This document shows, piece by piece, positions 35,400 to 45,073 of a DNA stretch of 64,000 bases. The stretch lies in assembly GCA_038060895.1 (NCBI GenBank), contig JBBTCT010000009.1, forward strand, positions 112,082 through 176,081. The letters run 5' to 3'. The position numbers were made by a program, and so were the translations under genes. The stretch's first letter is position 1, and every line of letters starts with the position of its first letter. The notes below the pieces were generated by a model. The model saw only the letters and a list, made by a program, of their open reading frames with translations. It did no database searches and was not told the origin of the DNA. Source of the stretch: Planctomycetota bacterium (GTDB lineage Bacteria > Planctomycetota > MHYJ01 > WSZJ01).

Positions 35400-35864
35400 A
35401 TGAGCATGTCCGACAGCCAGAGGATTCCGTACCTCGTCAGGGACGGCGTCCTGCGCATTACGGGTCAGATGAGATACCAGGACCGCGAACTGCGCCTGGC
35501 CACCATGATGCTCCTCAGTGGACCGCAGGCGTCCGTCTGCATCGATGTCAGCGGCGTTCCAAGCCTCTGCAGCCCGGAAATCCAGTTCCTCGCCAAAATG
35601 GCAGAGAGCGCGAAGGCGCGCGGGAAACAGTTGCGCGTGCGTCTGTCCAAGGCCACCCGCGACTTGTTCAGCCAGCTCGAACTCGAAGGTCTCGTGCAGC
35701 TGGAGACCGTCGAGACCCAGGTCGTCAAGCGGCCGACTCCAGGCGAAATCGCGCCTCAGCCCGCCGTCCAGGCGCCCCCCCAGGTGATCAGCCTCTTCAA
35801 GAAGAAGGAACGCTACCCGAGCCGGCCGCCGCTCCCGGGCGCAGAACCGCCTCCGCGCCGCTAA
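35400..35864 (+). CDS. STAS-domain (anti-anti-sigma-like) protein
   Basis: LRITG, VCIDVSGVPSLCS, LFSQLEL. Confidence 0.7.
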   Translation: MSMSDSQRIPYLVRDGVLRITGQMRYQDRELRLATMMLLSGPQASVCIDVSGVPSLCSPEIQFLAKMAESAKARGKQLRVRLSKATRDLFSQLELEGLVQLETVETQVVKRPTPGEIAPQPAVQAPPQVISLFKKKERYPSRPPLPGAEPPPRR

Positions 35865-35980
35865 GAGCGCGCGAAAAAAACGAGCGTCATCGCGCGATCG
35901 GGCCTCGCATCCCGCCGTCGGAAAAGCTCGACGGCGGGGCGCGAGGCCCGATCACGCGCCGTCGCTCGCTTTTTTCACGC

Positions 35981-36074
35981 GCTCTGGGAAAACGGCCTGC
36001 TGAAACGGGGCCAGTGACCAGGTTGACAGGCCGAGGAAGCGCAGGTGGTTGTAAGCGATGACGGGCCAGGGAGC
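35981..36074 (+). ncRNA. Candidate cis-regulatory leader RNA (resembles ldcC-type motif from recall)
   Basis: CCTGCTGAAACGGGGCCAGTGACCAGGT...GTAAGCGATGACGGGC; GCTCTGG can pair with CCAG(GG)AGC; lies in 5' leader of the CGL gene. Confidence 0.4.
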
Positions 36075-36212
36075 CGCACCGGTGACCTTCGGAATCGCTC
36101 GTACGTGGAATCCGTCACTTCGCCTTCGTTGCGGATTCGGCCGGTACGGATAGCATCCGCGCTTCGTGGCGATTGCGCCGCGGAGTCTGAAAATAAAAAC
36201 ATCGAGGCTTCC

Positions 36213-37367
36213 ATGGACAACGGCCGTTTCGCCACCCGCTGCATCCACGCCGGACAGCGCCCCGACCCGACAACCGGCGCGATCATGACCCCCATCTACG
36301 CGACCTCGACTTACGTCCAGGAGAAGCCCGGCGTCCACAAGGGCTTCGATTACTCCCGCACCAATAACCCGACGCGCGCCGCGCTCGAGGGAAACCTCGC
36401 GGCGCTCGAGGGCGCGGCCCACGGCCTCGCGTTTGCCAGCGGTTGCGGCGCCGCCGACACCCTGCTGGGCGGCCTGCTCGCGAAGGGCGACCACGTCGTC
36501 AGCGGGAACGACGTCTACGGCGGGACCTACCGGCTCTTCAAGCGAGTCTTCGAGAAGTTCGGGATCGATTTCACGCTCGTCGATACCAGCGTCCCGGGCG
36601 CGATCGAAAAGGCCTGGCGGAAGAACACCAAGGTCCTCTGGGTCGAGACGCCCTCGAACCCTCTGCTCCGGATCACGGATCTTTCCGCGGCCTGCGGCTT
36701 CGCGAAGCGCAACGGCGCGATTTCCGTCGTCGACAACACGTTCGCGACGCCGGTCCTCCAGAACCCGCTCGAGCACGGCGCTTCGGTCGTCCTTCACTCC
36801 ACGACGAAGTACCTCGGCGGCCACAGCGACACCGTCGGCGGGGCCCTTCTCATGAACGACGACAAACTCTGGGAACAGCTCAAGTACTTCCAGAACGCCA
36901 TCGGCGCCACCCCCGGCCCCTTCGACTGCTGGCTCGTCCTCCGGGGCACGAAGACCCTACAGGTCCGCGTGCAGCGCCATTGCGAGAACGCGAAGCGGAT
37001 CGCGGAATGGTTGTCGAAGCGAAAGGACGTCGTCGAGATTCATTACCCGGGCTTGAAGTCCGACGCCGGCCACGCCGTGGCGAAGAAGCAGATGAGCGAT
37101 TTTGGCGGGATGATCTCGTTCGTGCTGAAGGGGACGCTCGAGAGGAGCGTCAAGTTCATCAGCGCAACGAAGCTGTTTGCGCTGGCGGAGTCGCTCGGGG
37201 GCGTCGAAAGCCTGATCGAGCACCCTGCATCCATGACGCACGGCTCAATTCCGCGAGAAGAGCGCCTCAAGGCCGGACTGAGTGACGGGCTCGTGCGGCT
37301 CTCGGTAGGGATCGAAGACGTCGAGGATCTGATCGGGGATCTCGAGCAGGCGCTCGCCGTAAAGTAA
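36213..37367 (+). CDS. Cystathionine gamma-lyase/synthase (Cys/Met metabolism PLP enzyme)
   Basis: YSRTNNPTR, YGGT, ETPSNP, DNTF, STTKYLGGHSD, AESLGGVESL, RLSVGIE. Confidence 0.93.
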   Translation: MDNGRFATRCIHAGQRPDPTTGAIMTPIYATSTYVQEKPGVHKGFDYSRTNNPTRAALEGNLAALEGAAHGLAFASGCGAADTLLGGLLAKGDHVVSGNDVYGGTYRLFKRVFEKFGIDFTLVDTSVPGAIEKAWRKNTKVLWVETPSNPLLRITDLSAACGFAKRNGAISVVDNTFATPVLQNPLEHGASVVLHSTTKYLGGHSDTVGGALLMNDDKLWEQLKYFQNAIGATPGPFDCWLVLRGTKTLQVRVQRHCENAKRIAEWLSKRKDVVEIHYPGLKSDAGHAVAKKQMSDFGGMISFVLKGTLERSVKFISATKLFALAESLGGVESLIEHPASMTHGSIPREERLKAGLSDGLVRLSVGIEDVEDLIGDLEQALAVK

Positions 37368-37400
37368 CCGGCCAGGGGAAGCTGACGTCCATCGCGATCC

Positions 37401-38774
37401 TCAGATCTTTGCCTCCGTTGCAACCGTGTAGAGCAGGTCGTACCGCGTGATGATCCCGTAGCCGCCGCCGGCTTGTTTCACGAGCACCGCGGGCACTTCC
37501 TTCGTGATCGTCCCGGCGACCTGGTCGAGCGGCGTGTCGGGCATGATGACGGGGAAGGGCGGGCCCATGACCTCGCGGACGAGGAGTTTTTTCAGGTCCT
37601 TGCCCATCATCAGGAGGTCGAGCACCTTTTCCTCGGCGATCGACCCCACGACCTTCTGGTCCTCGAGGACCGGAAGCTGGCCGATTTCGGTTTCCTTCAT
37701 GCGGTGAACGGCGGCGAGCATGGTTTCGTTCGGTGAAGCGCTGACCATGGCGCGGGCGCCGATCTTCTTGGTGACGATTTCGCGCGCGGTCAGCCGGACC
37801 GGCGGATCGAGGTAGCGGTTTTCGCGCATCCATTCGTCGTTGTAGACCTTGCCGAGGTTGCGCGTGCCGGTGTCGGGCAGGAGCACGACGACGACCGCTT
37901 CCTTGGGCAGCTTTTTCGCGTATTCAAGCGCAGCGTAGACGGCGCTTCCGGAAGAACCCCCGGCGAAAATTCCCTCTTCGCGCGTCAGCCGGCGGGCCGT
38001 GAGGAACGCCTCCTTGTCGGGGCACTGGATGACGTCGTCCAGCACGGAGAAGTCCATGTTGGCGGGGAAGATGTCCTCGCCGATCCCCTCGGTCTTGTAG
38101 GTGTGCGCGGTGCCGACGGTGCCGGTCTTGAAGTACTGGTAGTAGAGCGAGCCGATCGGGTCGGCGCCGACGACTTTCACGGAGGCTTTCTTTTCCTTCA
38201 GGTACTTGCCGACGCCGCTGATGGTGCCGCCCGTCCCCATCCCGGCGACGAAGACGTCGACTTTTCCGTCCGTGTCGCGCCAGATCTCGGGCCCCGTCGA
38301 CTGGTAATGCGTCTTCTGGTTCTCCAGGTTTTCGTACTGGTTCGGGTAGTAACTGTTCGGGATCTCCTCCGAAAGCCGCTTCGCAACGGAGTAGTAGCTG
38401 CGCGGGTCGTCAGGTGCGACCGCAGTCGGGCACACGATCACCTCGGCGCCGAACGCCTTGAGCAGGTCGATTTTCTCGCGCGACTGCTTGTCCGTGATGG
38501 TGAAGATTGCCTTGTAGCCGCGAAGCGCGGCCGAGATCGCGAGTCCGACGCCGGTGTTCCCGCTCGTCCCCTCGATGATCGTCCCGCCGGGCTTGATCTT
38601 TCCGGTGCGTTCCGCCTCGTAGAGCATCCGGATGCCGATCCGGTCCTTGACGCTCCCTCCGGGATTCATGAACTCGCACTTGGCCAGGATCGTGCAGGGC
38701 ACCCCCGCGGCCATCTTGTTCAGTTTCACCATCGGCGTGTTGCCGATCGCAGCGAGGATATTCTCGTGCCACAT
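37401..38774 (-). CDS. cbs: Cystathionine beta-synthase with C-terminal CBS pair
   Basis: KCEFMNPGGSVKDR, TSGNTG, NQY, GMGTGGT, EGIGED, LPDTG; C-terminal CBS domains. Confidence 0.9.
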   Translation of the reverse strand: MWHENILAAIGNTPMVKLNKMAAGVPCTILAKCEFMNPGGSVKDRIGIRMLYEAERTGKIKPGGTIIEGTSGNTGVGLAISAALRGYKAIFTITDKQSREKIDLLKAFGAEVIVCPTAVAPDDPRSYYSVAKRLSEEIPNSYYPNQYENLENQKTHYQSTGPEIWRDTDGKVDVFVAGMGTGGTISGVGKYLKEKKASVKVVGADPIGSLYYQYFKTGTVGTAHTYKTEGIGEDIFPANMDFSVLDDVIQCPDKEAFLTARRLTREEGIFAGGSSGSAVYAALEYAKKLPKEAVVVVLLPDTGTRNLGKVYNDEWMRENRYLDPPVRLTAREIVTKKIGARAMVSASPNETMLAAVHRMKETEIGQLPVLEDQKVVGSIAEEKVLDLLMMGKDLKKLLVREVMGPPFPVIMPDTPLDQVAGTITKEVPAVLVKQAGGGYGIITRYDLLYTVATEAKI

Positions 38775-38887
38775 GGGCGGGCCTTTCGAAGGAGAGGAGG
38801 GGGATTCTAGGAAGCGCGGCCTGCCGCGTACAACTTCATCCAAGCGTTCTTGCCCAGCCCCCCATGTTCCTTTACGATTCCACCCGC

Positions 38888-40105
38888 ATGGACCTCCGCG
38901 AACAACTCCTCAAGCTCACCGAAATCGGCATCGCCCTGTCGAGCGAGCGGAACGTCAACAGCCTGCTCGACCTGATCCTGGCGCACGCGCGCAATTTCAC
39001 GTCCGCCGAGGCCGGGACTCTTTTCACGCGCGAAGGCGACAAACTCCGCTTCCAGGTGACGCAGAACGACGTGCTGTCGGAGCGGCTTGGAAGCGGCAAC
39101 ACGGGGCGGTTCCTGCGGGACCAGACGGTGCCGATCACGAAGACGTCGCTGTCGGGGTACACGGCGACGACCGGTGAAGTGCTGAACATCCCCGACGCCT
39201 ACGCGATCCCGTCGACGGCCGAGTATCACTTCAAGGATGAATACGACCGCAAGAACAACTACCGCACCCGGTCGCTCCTTGTCGTGCCGATGAAGAAACA
39301 GAACGGCGAGGTCATCGGCGTGCTGCAGCTGATCAACGCCCGGGACGCGAAAGGGCAAATCGTGGAATTTCACGGCGACCTGGAGCGGCTCGTGCTTTCG
39401 CTCGCCTCGCAGGCTGCCGTCGCGCTGTCGAACGCGCTTCTAACGCACGATCTCAAGCAGGCGTACCTCGACACGATCATGCGGCTCGCGATCGCGGCGG
39501 AATTCCGGGACACCGACACGGCAATCCACATCCGCCGTATGAGCATGTACTCGGAGGCGATCGCCGCCGAAATGCCGGGTTTCACTCCCGAAATGGTCGA
39601 GCAGATCCTGTACGCGGCGCCGATGCACGACATCGGCAAGATCGGCGTGAGCGACCGGATCCTCCTCAAGCCCGGCAAGCTGACGGACGAGGAATTCGCC
39701 GAGATGAAAAAGCACACGACGATCGGCGCTGCCATCCTCGAAGGTGCAGAGGCGCCGGTCCTGAAGCTGTCGCACGAGATCGCTCTGGCGCACCACGAAA
39801 AGTGGGACGGAAGCGGGTATCCGTACGGGAAGAAGGCGGAGGAGATCCCGTTGACGGCCCGGATTGTGGCCGTCGCCGACGTGTTTGACGCGCTCTCCAG
39901 CATCCGTTGCTACAAGCCGCCGATGCCGTTCGAAAAATCGGTGGCAGCCATCAAGGAGGGCGCCGGCAAGCACTTCGACCCCGCCTGCGTCGCGGCGTTC
40001 GAGAAGGCTCTTCCCAGGATCACCCAGATCTATCGCGAATATTCCGACGAGACCGGCGCCAAGCACAAGTTGACGGGCGCGATGCCGATGTTGTCGCGAC
40101 CGTAA
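38888..40105 (+). CDS. GAF + HD-GYP phosphodiesterase
   Basis: YRTRSLLVVPM...GVLQLIN; HDIGK, HHEKWDGSGYP, ADVFDAL. Confidence 0.92.
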   Translation: MDLREQLLKLTEIGIALSSERNVNSLLDLILAHARNFTSAEAGTLFTREGDKLRFQVTQNDVLSERLGSGNTGRFLRDQTVPITKTSLSGYTATTGEVLNIPDAYAIPSTAEYHFKDEYDRKNNYRTRSLLVVPMKKQNGEVIGVLQLINARDAKGQIVEFHGDLERLVLSLASQAAVALSNALLTHDLKQAYLDTIMRLAIAAEFRDTDTAIHIRRMSMYSEAIAAEMPGFTPEMVEQILYAAPMHDIGKIGVSDRILLKPGKLTDEEFAEMKKHTTIGAAILEGAEAPVLKLSHEIALAHHEKWDGSGYPYGKKAEEIPLTARIVAVADVFDALSSIRCYKPPMPFEKSVAAIKEGAGKHFDPACVAAFEKALPRITQIYREYSDETGAKHKLTGAMPMLSRP

Positions 40106-40121
40106 TGGAGGCCTGACCGCA

Positions 40122-41018
40122 GTGGGCGCCGCACCGAGAGTTCCCGAATGGGCCCCGTCGTACGACGAGCCGCTCTATCAGCGGTTCATCGCGGAGGCGT
40201 TGCGTGCGTGTGAGAGGCGCTGGGGGAAGGCGACGGAGACGCTGGACGGCGTGAAGGCGGGGGGGCGCGTCAGGGAACTCCGGGAGATGGCGGAGTTCTG
40301 CCGGCACATGCCGGAGAAGCTCTGGGCGCGTGCGATGGACGGGAGTTTCGCCCGGCAGGCGGAGGTGGAAGTCGCGGTGGAGGCATTCCGGAAGCGAACC
40401 GACGTAAAGGAGGTTCGGGACCGGCTTCGGGTCCGGATCGTGCCGGAGCGGTCGATCCAGGGCGAAGCGCTTGCGGCGGCGGTAGCGCGGCCGGTGGCGC
40501 CGGGCCTCGTTGCGGCGCTGCTTCTCGAAGGGAAACAGAGCGGCGAACCCGTGACCACGGAGATGGCGGACCAATGGGGGATATCCACCTCGGCGCTGTT
40601 CGAGGTGGCGAAAGACAATCACAAGCGGCGGAAGGCGAAGAAGGAGCCGGGACAGGGATTCGACGTCAGCGTGCTGATGGGGGACGACCCGGACACCGCC
40701 TCCGAGATCCTGTTTCTCGAGCACTACGTGAAAGTTGAGCCGCCTGCCGGGACCATCGTCGTCGTCCCGACGCAGCGCGCGGTGCTCTTCCATGAAGTCC
40801 ACGACCGAAAGGCCGTCGATGCCCTTCAAACGGTCCTTGTCATCGGGCACCAGCTCTTCCAGAAGGGCCCGTTTCCCGTGCTTCCCCTCCTCTACTGGTG
40901 GAGGCGCCGGCGATTCGCACTGCTTCCCATTGAAGTCCAGGGGGAAACCGTTCGGTTCATGCCGCCGATCGAGTTCGTCCAGGCGCTTCAGAAAATCGGC
41001 GTCAACCTGGGCGATTAG
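40122..41018 (+). CDS. Hypothetical protein
   Basis: GGAGG RBS before GTG; long ORF with typical codon usage. Confidence 0.65.
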   Translation: MGAAPRVPEWAPSYDEPLYQRFIAEALRACERRWGKATETLDGVKAGGRVRELREMAEFCRHMPEKLWARAMDGSFARQAEVEVAVEAFRKRTDVKEVRDRLRVRIVPERSIQGEALAAAVARPVAPGLVAALLLEGKQSGEPVTTEMADQWGISTSALFEVAKDNHKRRKAKKEPGQGFDVSVLMGDDPDTASEILFLEHYVKVEPPAGTIVVVPTQRAVLFHEVHDRKAVDALQTVLVIGHQLFQKGPFPVLPLLYWWRRRRFALLPIEVQGETVRFMPPIEFVQALQKIGVNLGD

Positions 41019-41104
41019 GCCGAGTTTTCGGGCGCCTCGCCCCCAAACACCGCCCGGGCCCCCCCCGTACATCTCCCGTACCTTACCCCTACAAGGAGAG
41101 CCCG

Positions 41105-43540
41105 ATGCTCCGCTGGAAACTCGCCGTGGTGTGCGCGGTCCTTATGGCGTTTGCGATCCCGGCAGTCGCTTTGGCTGGCGACACGGACAAGGACGAACTG
41201 CGCGCGAAGATTCTGAAGAAAGTCGAAGAGCGCCTGAAAGAAGAGAACAAGCGGGTGCTCGACGAGGTGAAGAAGATCCTCGACGAGGAGCTTGGAAAGC
41301 TGGAAGAGGCGGACGAGCCGCCGCCGAAGAAGGAACCGAAGAAGGAACCCAAGCCGGAGCCGAAGAAAGAGCCGAAGAAGGACCCGAAGCCTGCCCCGAA
41401 GGAAACGGACGAGCCGGGGTACCTGGGCGTGAGCCCGGACGACATCACGGACTCGATGCGGAAGCTGTTGAAGCTGGAAGAGGGCCAGGGAGTGCTGATT
41501 TCCGGGCTCGCGGAGAACGGGCCGGCGGCGAAGGCCGGGCTCAGGCCGAACGACATCGTGCTTGCGGTGGACGGCGAACCGGTGGGGAACGCGGAGGAAC
41601 TTCGCGAGCAGGTGCAGTCGCACCATGTCGGCGAATCCGTGAAGCTGTCCGTGCTGCGCAAGAAGGAGAAGATCGACATCAAGGTGAAGCTGGTGGCGCG
41701 GGCCAGCATTGAGCCGGCGGAGCCGGAGATGGACCCGGGCGACGAAGGCGACGAATCGGATGAAGAGGACGAGCCGCCGGCGAAGAAGCCGAAGGTCGTG
41801 TTCGAGCCGCGCGCCGAGGCGCCGAAGTTCAGCGACAAGACCGCGGCGCAGCTTCGCGACGAGATCCGCAAGTTCCTCGACGAGACGCTGAAGGCCGCGA
41901 AAACGGAGAACACCGAAAAGCCGAAGACGAAGAAGATCCTGCTTCCGGGCGGCAACTTCAACATCGGCGATGAGGACGAAGAAGAAGGCGACGAGGAACC
42001 CGCCGTTCCCTCCGGCAAGGAGATGCGCGAGAAGTTCAAGCAGCTCCTGCGTGACATGCTCGAACGCATGGAAGCCGAGGACAACGGGGAGGAGGCGGAG
42101 CCCTTCAATTTCGACGAAGAGCTCAAAAAGCTGATGGAGCAGTTCAAGGGTCAGCGCTCGGAAGAGATGGAGAAGCTTAAAGAGCAGCTCCAGGAGCAGC
42201 TCGGGAAGCTGCAGGACAGTGAATTGCTTGAGAAGCTCATGGAAGGCATGAAGGGCATGGAGCTTCCGGACGCTCTGAAGCGGCTTCTTGGCGGCGCGGG
42301 AGGCGAGGATGACGAGGACCTGACGGAGCCCGAGGAAGAACCGGCGCCGAAGGAAGAACCGAAATCTGACCCGAAGAAGGGCGGCAAGGCGTGGCTCGGC
42401 GTCGGCCCGGACGAGGTTTCCGAGGAGATGCTGAAGCAGCTCAAGATCGAGTCGGGCGTGCTGGTTCGCGAAGTCGTCGCGGGCAGCCCGGCGGCCGAGG
42501 CGGGGATGAAAGAAGGCGACATCATCCTGTCGATCGACGGGCAGGACCTGGCCGGCCCCGAGGACCTGCAGGCGGCCATCGCCGCCCGCAAAGCGGGCGC
42601 GGACGCGAAGCTGCTCATTCTCCGCAAGGGAAAGACGATCGAGAAGACGGTCACCCTGGTCGCCCGCAAGAAGATCTCTTTCGACGCGAAGCCTTCGCCG
42701 TCCGTGTTCGACGCAGGCGATGATCGCGAGAAGAAGTCAAAGAAGGCCGGCAAGAAGAAGGTCGAAAAGAAGCCTGCCAGGCACGAGGAATTCCTGCCGC
42801 GTCTCGGCATGGAATTCGCAAAAAAGCAGGGCCTGCGCTTCGCCGTGCTCGACAGGAACGGCAAGGTCATCATGAGCGAGCCGATGGAGAACCTCGAAGG
42901 AATCCTGGAGATGGCCCGTAAATTCGGCTTCAAGCTTCCGGAGGGCGGAGATAGCGAGCGGCAGTACCACCTCTTCGAGTTCGGCGACGGCAAGGAAACG
43001 AAGAAGAGCGGGCAGAAACGCCAGGTGAAGAAGGGCGATCGCGAAGAATTCTCTCTCCGGGAGCGGCTGCAGCGCCACGGCGACGACGCGCGCAAGGAAA
43101 TCGAGAAGGCGATGAAGCGCTTCCATGAGCGCCACGGTGACGAAAATTTCGAGTTCAAGATGCCCGCCGAATTGAAGAAGAGACTGGAGAAGCTTCACGG
43201 CGGCGACCGGGAGCACGATTTCGAATTCCGCGTCGAGAAGCCGAAGGTTCAATCGAAAAAGGAACGATCCGGGAAGAAGCCGAAGGTCGAAATGAAGCAG
43301 GAGAAGCGCTTCAAGGTCGAACTGAAAAAAGAAGGCGGGAAGAAGCCCTCGGTGAAGCTCGAGGGCGGGGCAAAGCTCGACAAGGCGACGCTGGACCGTG
43401 TCCGCAAGGAACTCGAGAAGGCGATGAAGGATGCGGGCAGGAAGAACGTCCCGGCTGAGTTGCGCGACGAGCTGAAGGAGCTGGAGAAGGAACTCGAGAA
43501 GCTGATGAAGAAACACCGCAAGAGCATGATCGCCGCTTGA
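41105..43540 (+). CDS. Secreted, highly charged protein with two PDZ domains
   Basis: Signal peptide; GYLGV...PAAKAGLRPNDIVLAVDG; AWLGV...SPAAEAGMKEGDIILSIDG; K/E coiled coils; (PKKE)n repeat near 41321-41404. Confidence 0.8.
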   Translation: MLRWKLAVVCAVLMAFAIPAVALAGDTDKDELRAKILKKVEERLKEENKRVLDEVKKILDEELGKLEEADEPPPKKEPKKEPKPEPKKEPKKDPKPAPKETDEPGYLGVSPDDITDSMRKLLKLEEGQGVLISGLAENGPAAKAGLRPNDIVLAVDGEPVGNAEELREQVQSHHVGESVKLSVLRKKEKIDIKVKLVARASIEPAEPEMDPGDEGDESDEEDEPPAKKPKVVFEPRAEAPKFSDKTAAQLRDEIRKFLDETLKAAKTENTEKPKTKKILLPGGNFNIGDEDEEEGDEEPAVPSGKEMREKFKQLLRDMLERMEAEDNGEEAEPFNFDEELKKLMEQFKGQRSEEMEKLKEQLQEQLGKLQDSELLEKLMEGMKGMELPDALKRLLGGAGGEDDEDLTEPEEEPAPKEEPKSDPKKGGKAWLGVGPDEVSEEMLKQLKIESGVLVREVVAGSPAAEAGMKEGDIILSIDGQDLAGPEDLQAAIAARKAGADAKLLILRKGKTIEKTVTLVARKKISFDAKPSPSVFDAGDDREKKSKKAGKKKVEKKPARHEEFLPRLGMEFAKKQGLRFAVLDRNGKVIMSEPMENLEGILEMARKFGFKLPEGGDSERQYHLFEFGDGKETKKSGQKRQVKKGDREEFSLRERLQRHGDDARKEIEKAMKRFHERHGDENFEFKMPAELKKRLEKLHGGDREHDFEFRVEKPKVQSKKERSGKKPKVEMKQEKRFKVELKKEGGKKPSVKLEGGAKLDKATLDRVRKELEKAMKDAGRKNVPAELRDELKELEKELEKLMKKHRKSMIAA

Positions 43541-44190
43541 TGAGGGCCACCGGAGCCACTACGATGCTGACACTTGCCATTCAACGGCCGAAGATCGCAA
43601 CCCAGGCACAGCGGGAGGTTCGCCGCTTGGACCGGGAAGAAGTTGCGCTGATCCAGGCGTGTCAGCAGGGCTCCGAGGAAGCGTTCCGAGGGCTGGTGGA
43701 GCGCTACCAGAGACGCACCTACTGGATCGCGTACAACATGCTGGGGAACTACGACCTCGCGGCTGACATCAGCCAGGAGGCGTTCCTGCGCGTGTACAAA
43801 GCGATCAACCGCTTCGACCTCCAGCGCAACTTCTACACGTGGCTCTACCAGATCGTGGTCAATCTCTGCATCGACCACATGCGCAAGGAAAGCGGCGGGC
43901 GCCCGGCGCGGCTGGACGACGTCGCGGAACCGCCGGACGAGGATGCGCGGCCGGCCGGGGCGGGCGTGGAGTCGCAGGAGGTGCGCGAGGCGGTCCACCG
44001 GGTGCTCGCGAAGCTGCCACACAACTACAAGACCGTGCTGGTTCTCCGGGACCTGCAGGGGATGACGTGCGAGGAAATCGCAGAGGTCGTCGGGGCGAAC
44101 AACGCCACCGTGAGATGGCGCCTGCACATCGCTCGCAAGATGTTCAAGGACGCATGGGAAGCGGCCCATCCCGCGAAGGCAGAGGACTAA
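43537..44190 (+). CDS. ECF sigma factor (start uncertain; may be near 43564 or 43627)
   Basis: AFRGLVERY, DISQEAFL, FYTWLYQIVVN, LRDLQGMTCEEIA, TVRWRLHIAR. Confidence 0.9.
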   Translation: MMRATGATTMLTLAIQRPKIATQAQREVRRLDREEVALIQACQQGSEEAFRGLVERYQRRTYWIAYNMLGNYDLAADISQEAFLRVYKAINRFDLQRNFYTWLYQIVVNLCIDHMRKESGGRPARLDDVAEPPDEDARPAGAGVESQEVREAVHRVLAKLPHNYKTVLVLRDLQGMTCEEIAEVVGANNATVRWRLHIARKMFKDAWEAAHPAKAED

Positions 44191-44194
44191 CACC

Positions 44195-45070
44195 GTGGAC
44201 TGCACACAGGCGAAAAAGATATTTCCCAGGCTCATGAGCGGCGAACTGCCGCAGGGCGCGGCGTCCGAGGCCGAGGAGCACCTCCTTGCCTGCGAGGAAT
44301 GCTCGCGTGAATTCGAGGCTTACGAGTCGCGCTTTTTCTCGCAGTACGAGCCCGCCGGGAAGGCCGTCGCGGCGGCGGCGAAATCGCCGCTTCCGGAACT
44401 GGCTCTCGAGAAATTCTACGCGGGGCTGAAGGCGCGGCTGTCGGGGGAGTGTGCGAAGGTCGAGAGTGCGTTCGCGGCATTTGCGGGAGGCGAGCTGGAC
44501 AAGGGCGCCTCCGACGGCGCGGCCTCGCACCTGCAGGCCTGCGAACCGTGCTCGAAGGCGTTCGAATCCTATGAGTCGAAAATCTTCGGGCAGTACGAAG
44601 CGGCGGGGAAGGCGCTGGCGGCGGCGCGGGCCGTGGAGCCGCCGGAGGCGGCGCTGACGGGGTTCTACCAGAAGGTGATGGCTCGGATCGTGCGCGACCG
44701 CGGCCGGTCCAGCTTCCGGCGCGCGATGGTCGGGCTGAATGCCGCTGCCGTGCTGATGATTGCGGTGTCGGTGGGCGTGCTGGTCGGACGACCCGTGAAA
44801 GACGCTCCGGCAGAAGTTGCGGGAACGAAGGAATCCGCGAAATCCGAAGAGCCGAAAGGCCTTCCTCCGCCCGTGACGCCTGACCGTGGTCTCGCCCTTC
44901 CCGCCTCGTCCGGCAGCGTCCGCCGTTTCTCGGTGGACAACGTCCGTCCCGAAACCATGTACGGCGACCCGGCGCGGCGCGCCGGCGGGCTCGAAGTCGT
45001 CCGGCCCGATGGCAACCACGGCCTGGACGAAGCCCACCCGCTCCGCGACGGCGATTCCGTGGGGTTCTAG
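44195..45070 (+). CDS. Anti-sigma factor with two tandem zinc (ZAS/zf-HC2) domains and TM
   Basis: HLLACEEC and HLQACEPC in a duplicated block of about 83 aa; TM LNAAAVLMIAVSVGVLV. Confidence 0.85.
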   Translation: MDCTQAKKIFPRLMSGELPQGAASEAEEHLLACEECSREFEAYESRFFSQYEPAGKAVAAAAKSPLPELALEKFYAGLKARLSGECAKVESAFAAFAGGELDKGASDGAASHLQACEPCSKAFESYESKIFGQYEAAGKALAAARAVEPPEAALTGFYQKVMARIVRDRGRSSFRRAMVGLNAAAVLMIAVSVGVLVGRPVKDAPAEVAGTKESAKSEEPKGLPPPVTPDRGLALPASSGSVRRFSVDNVRPETMYGDPARRAGGLEVVRPDGNHGLDEAHPLRDGDSVGF

Positions 45071-45073
45071 TCC

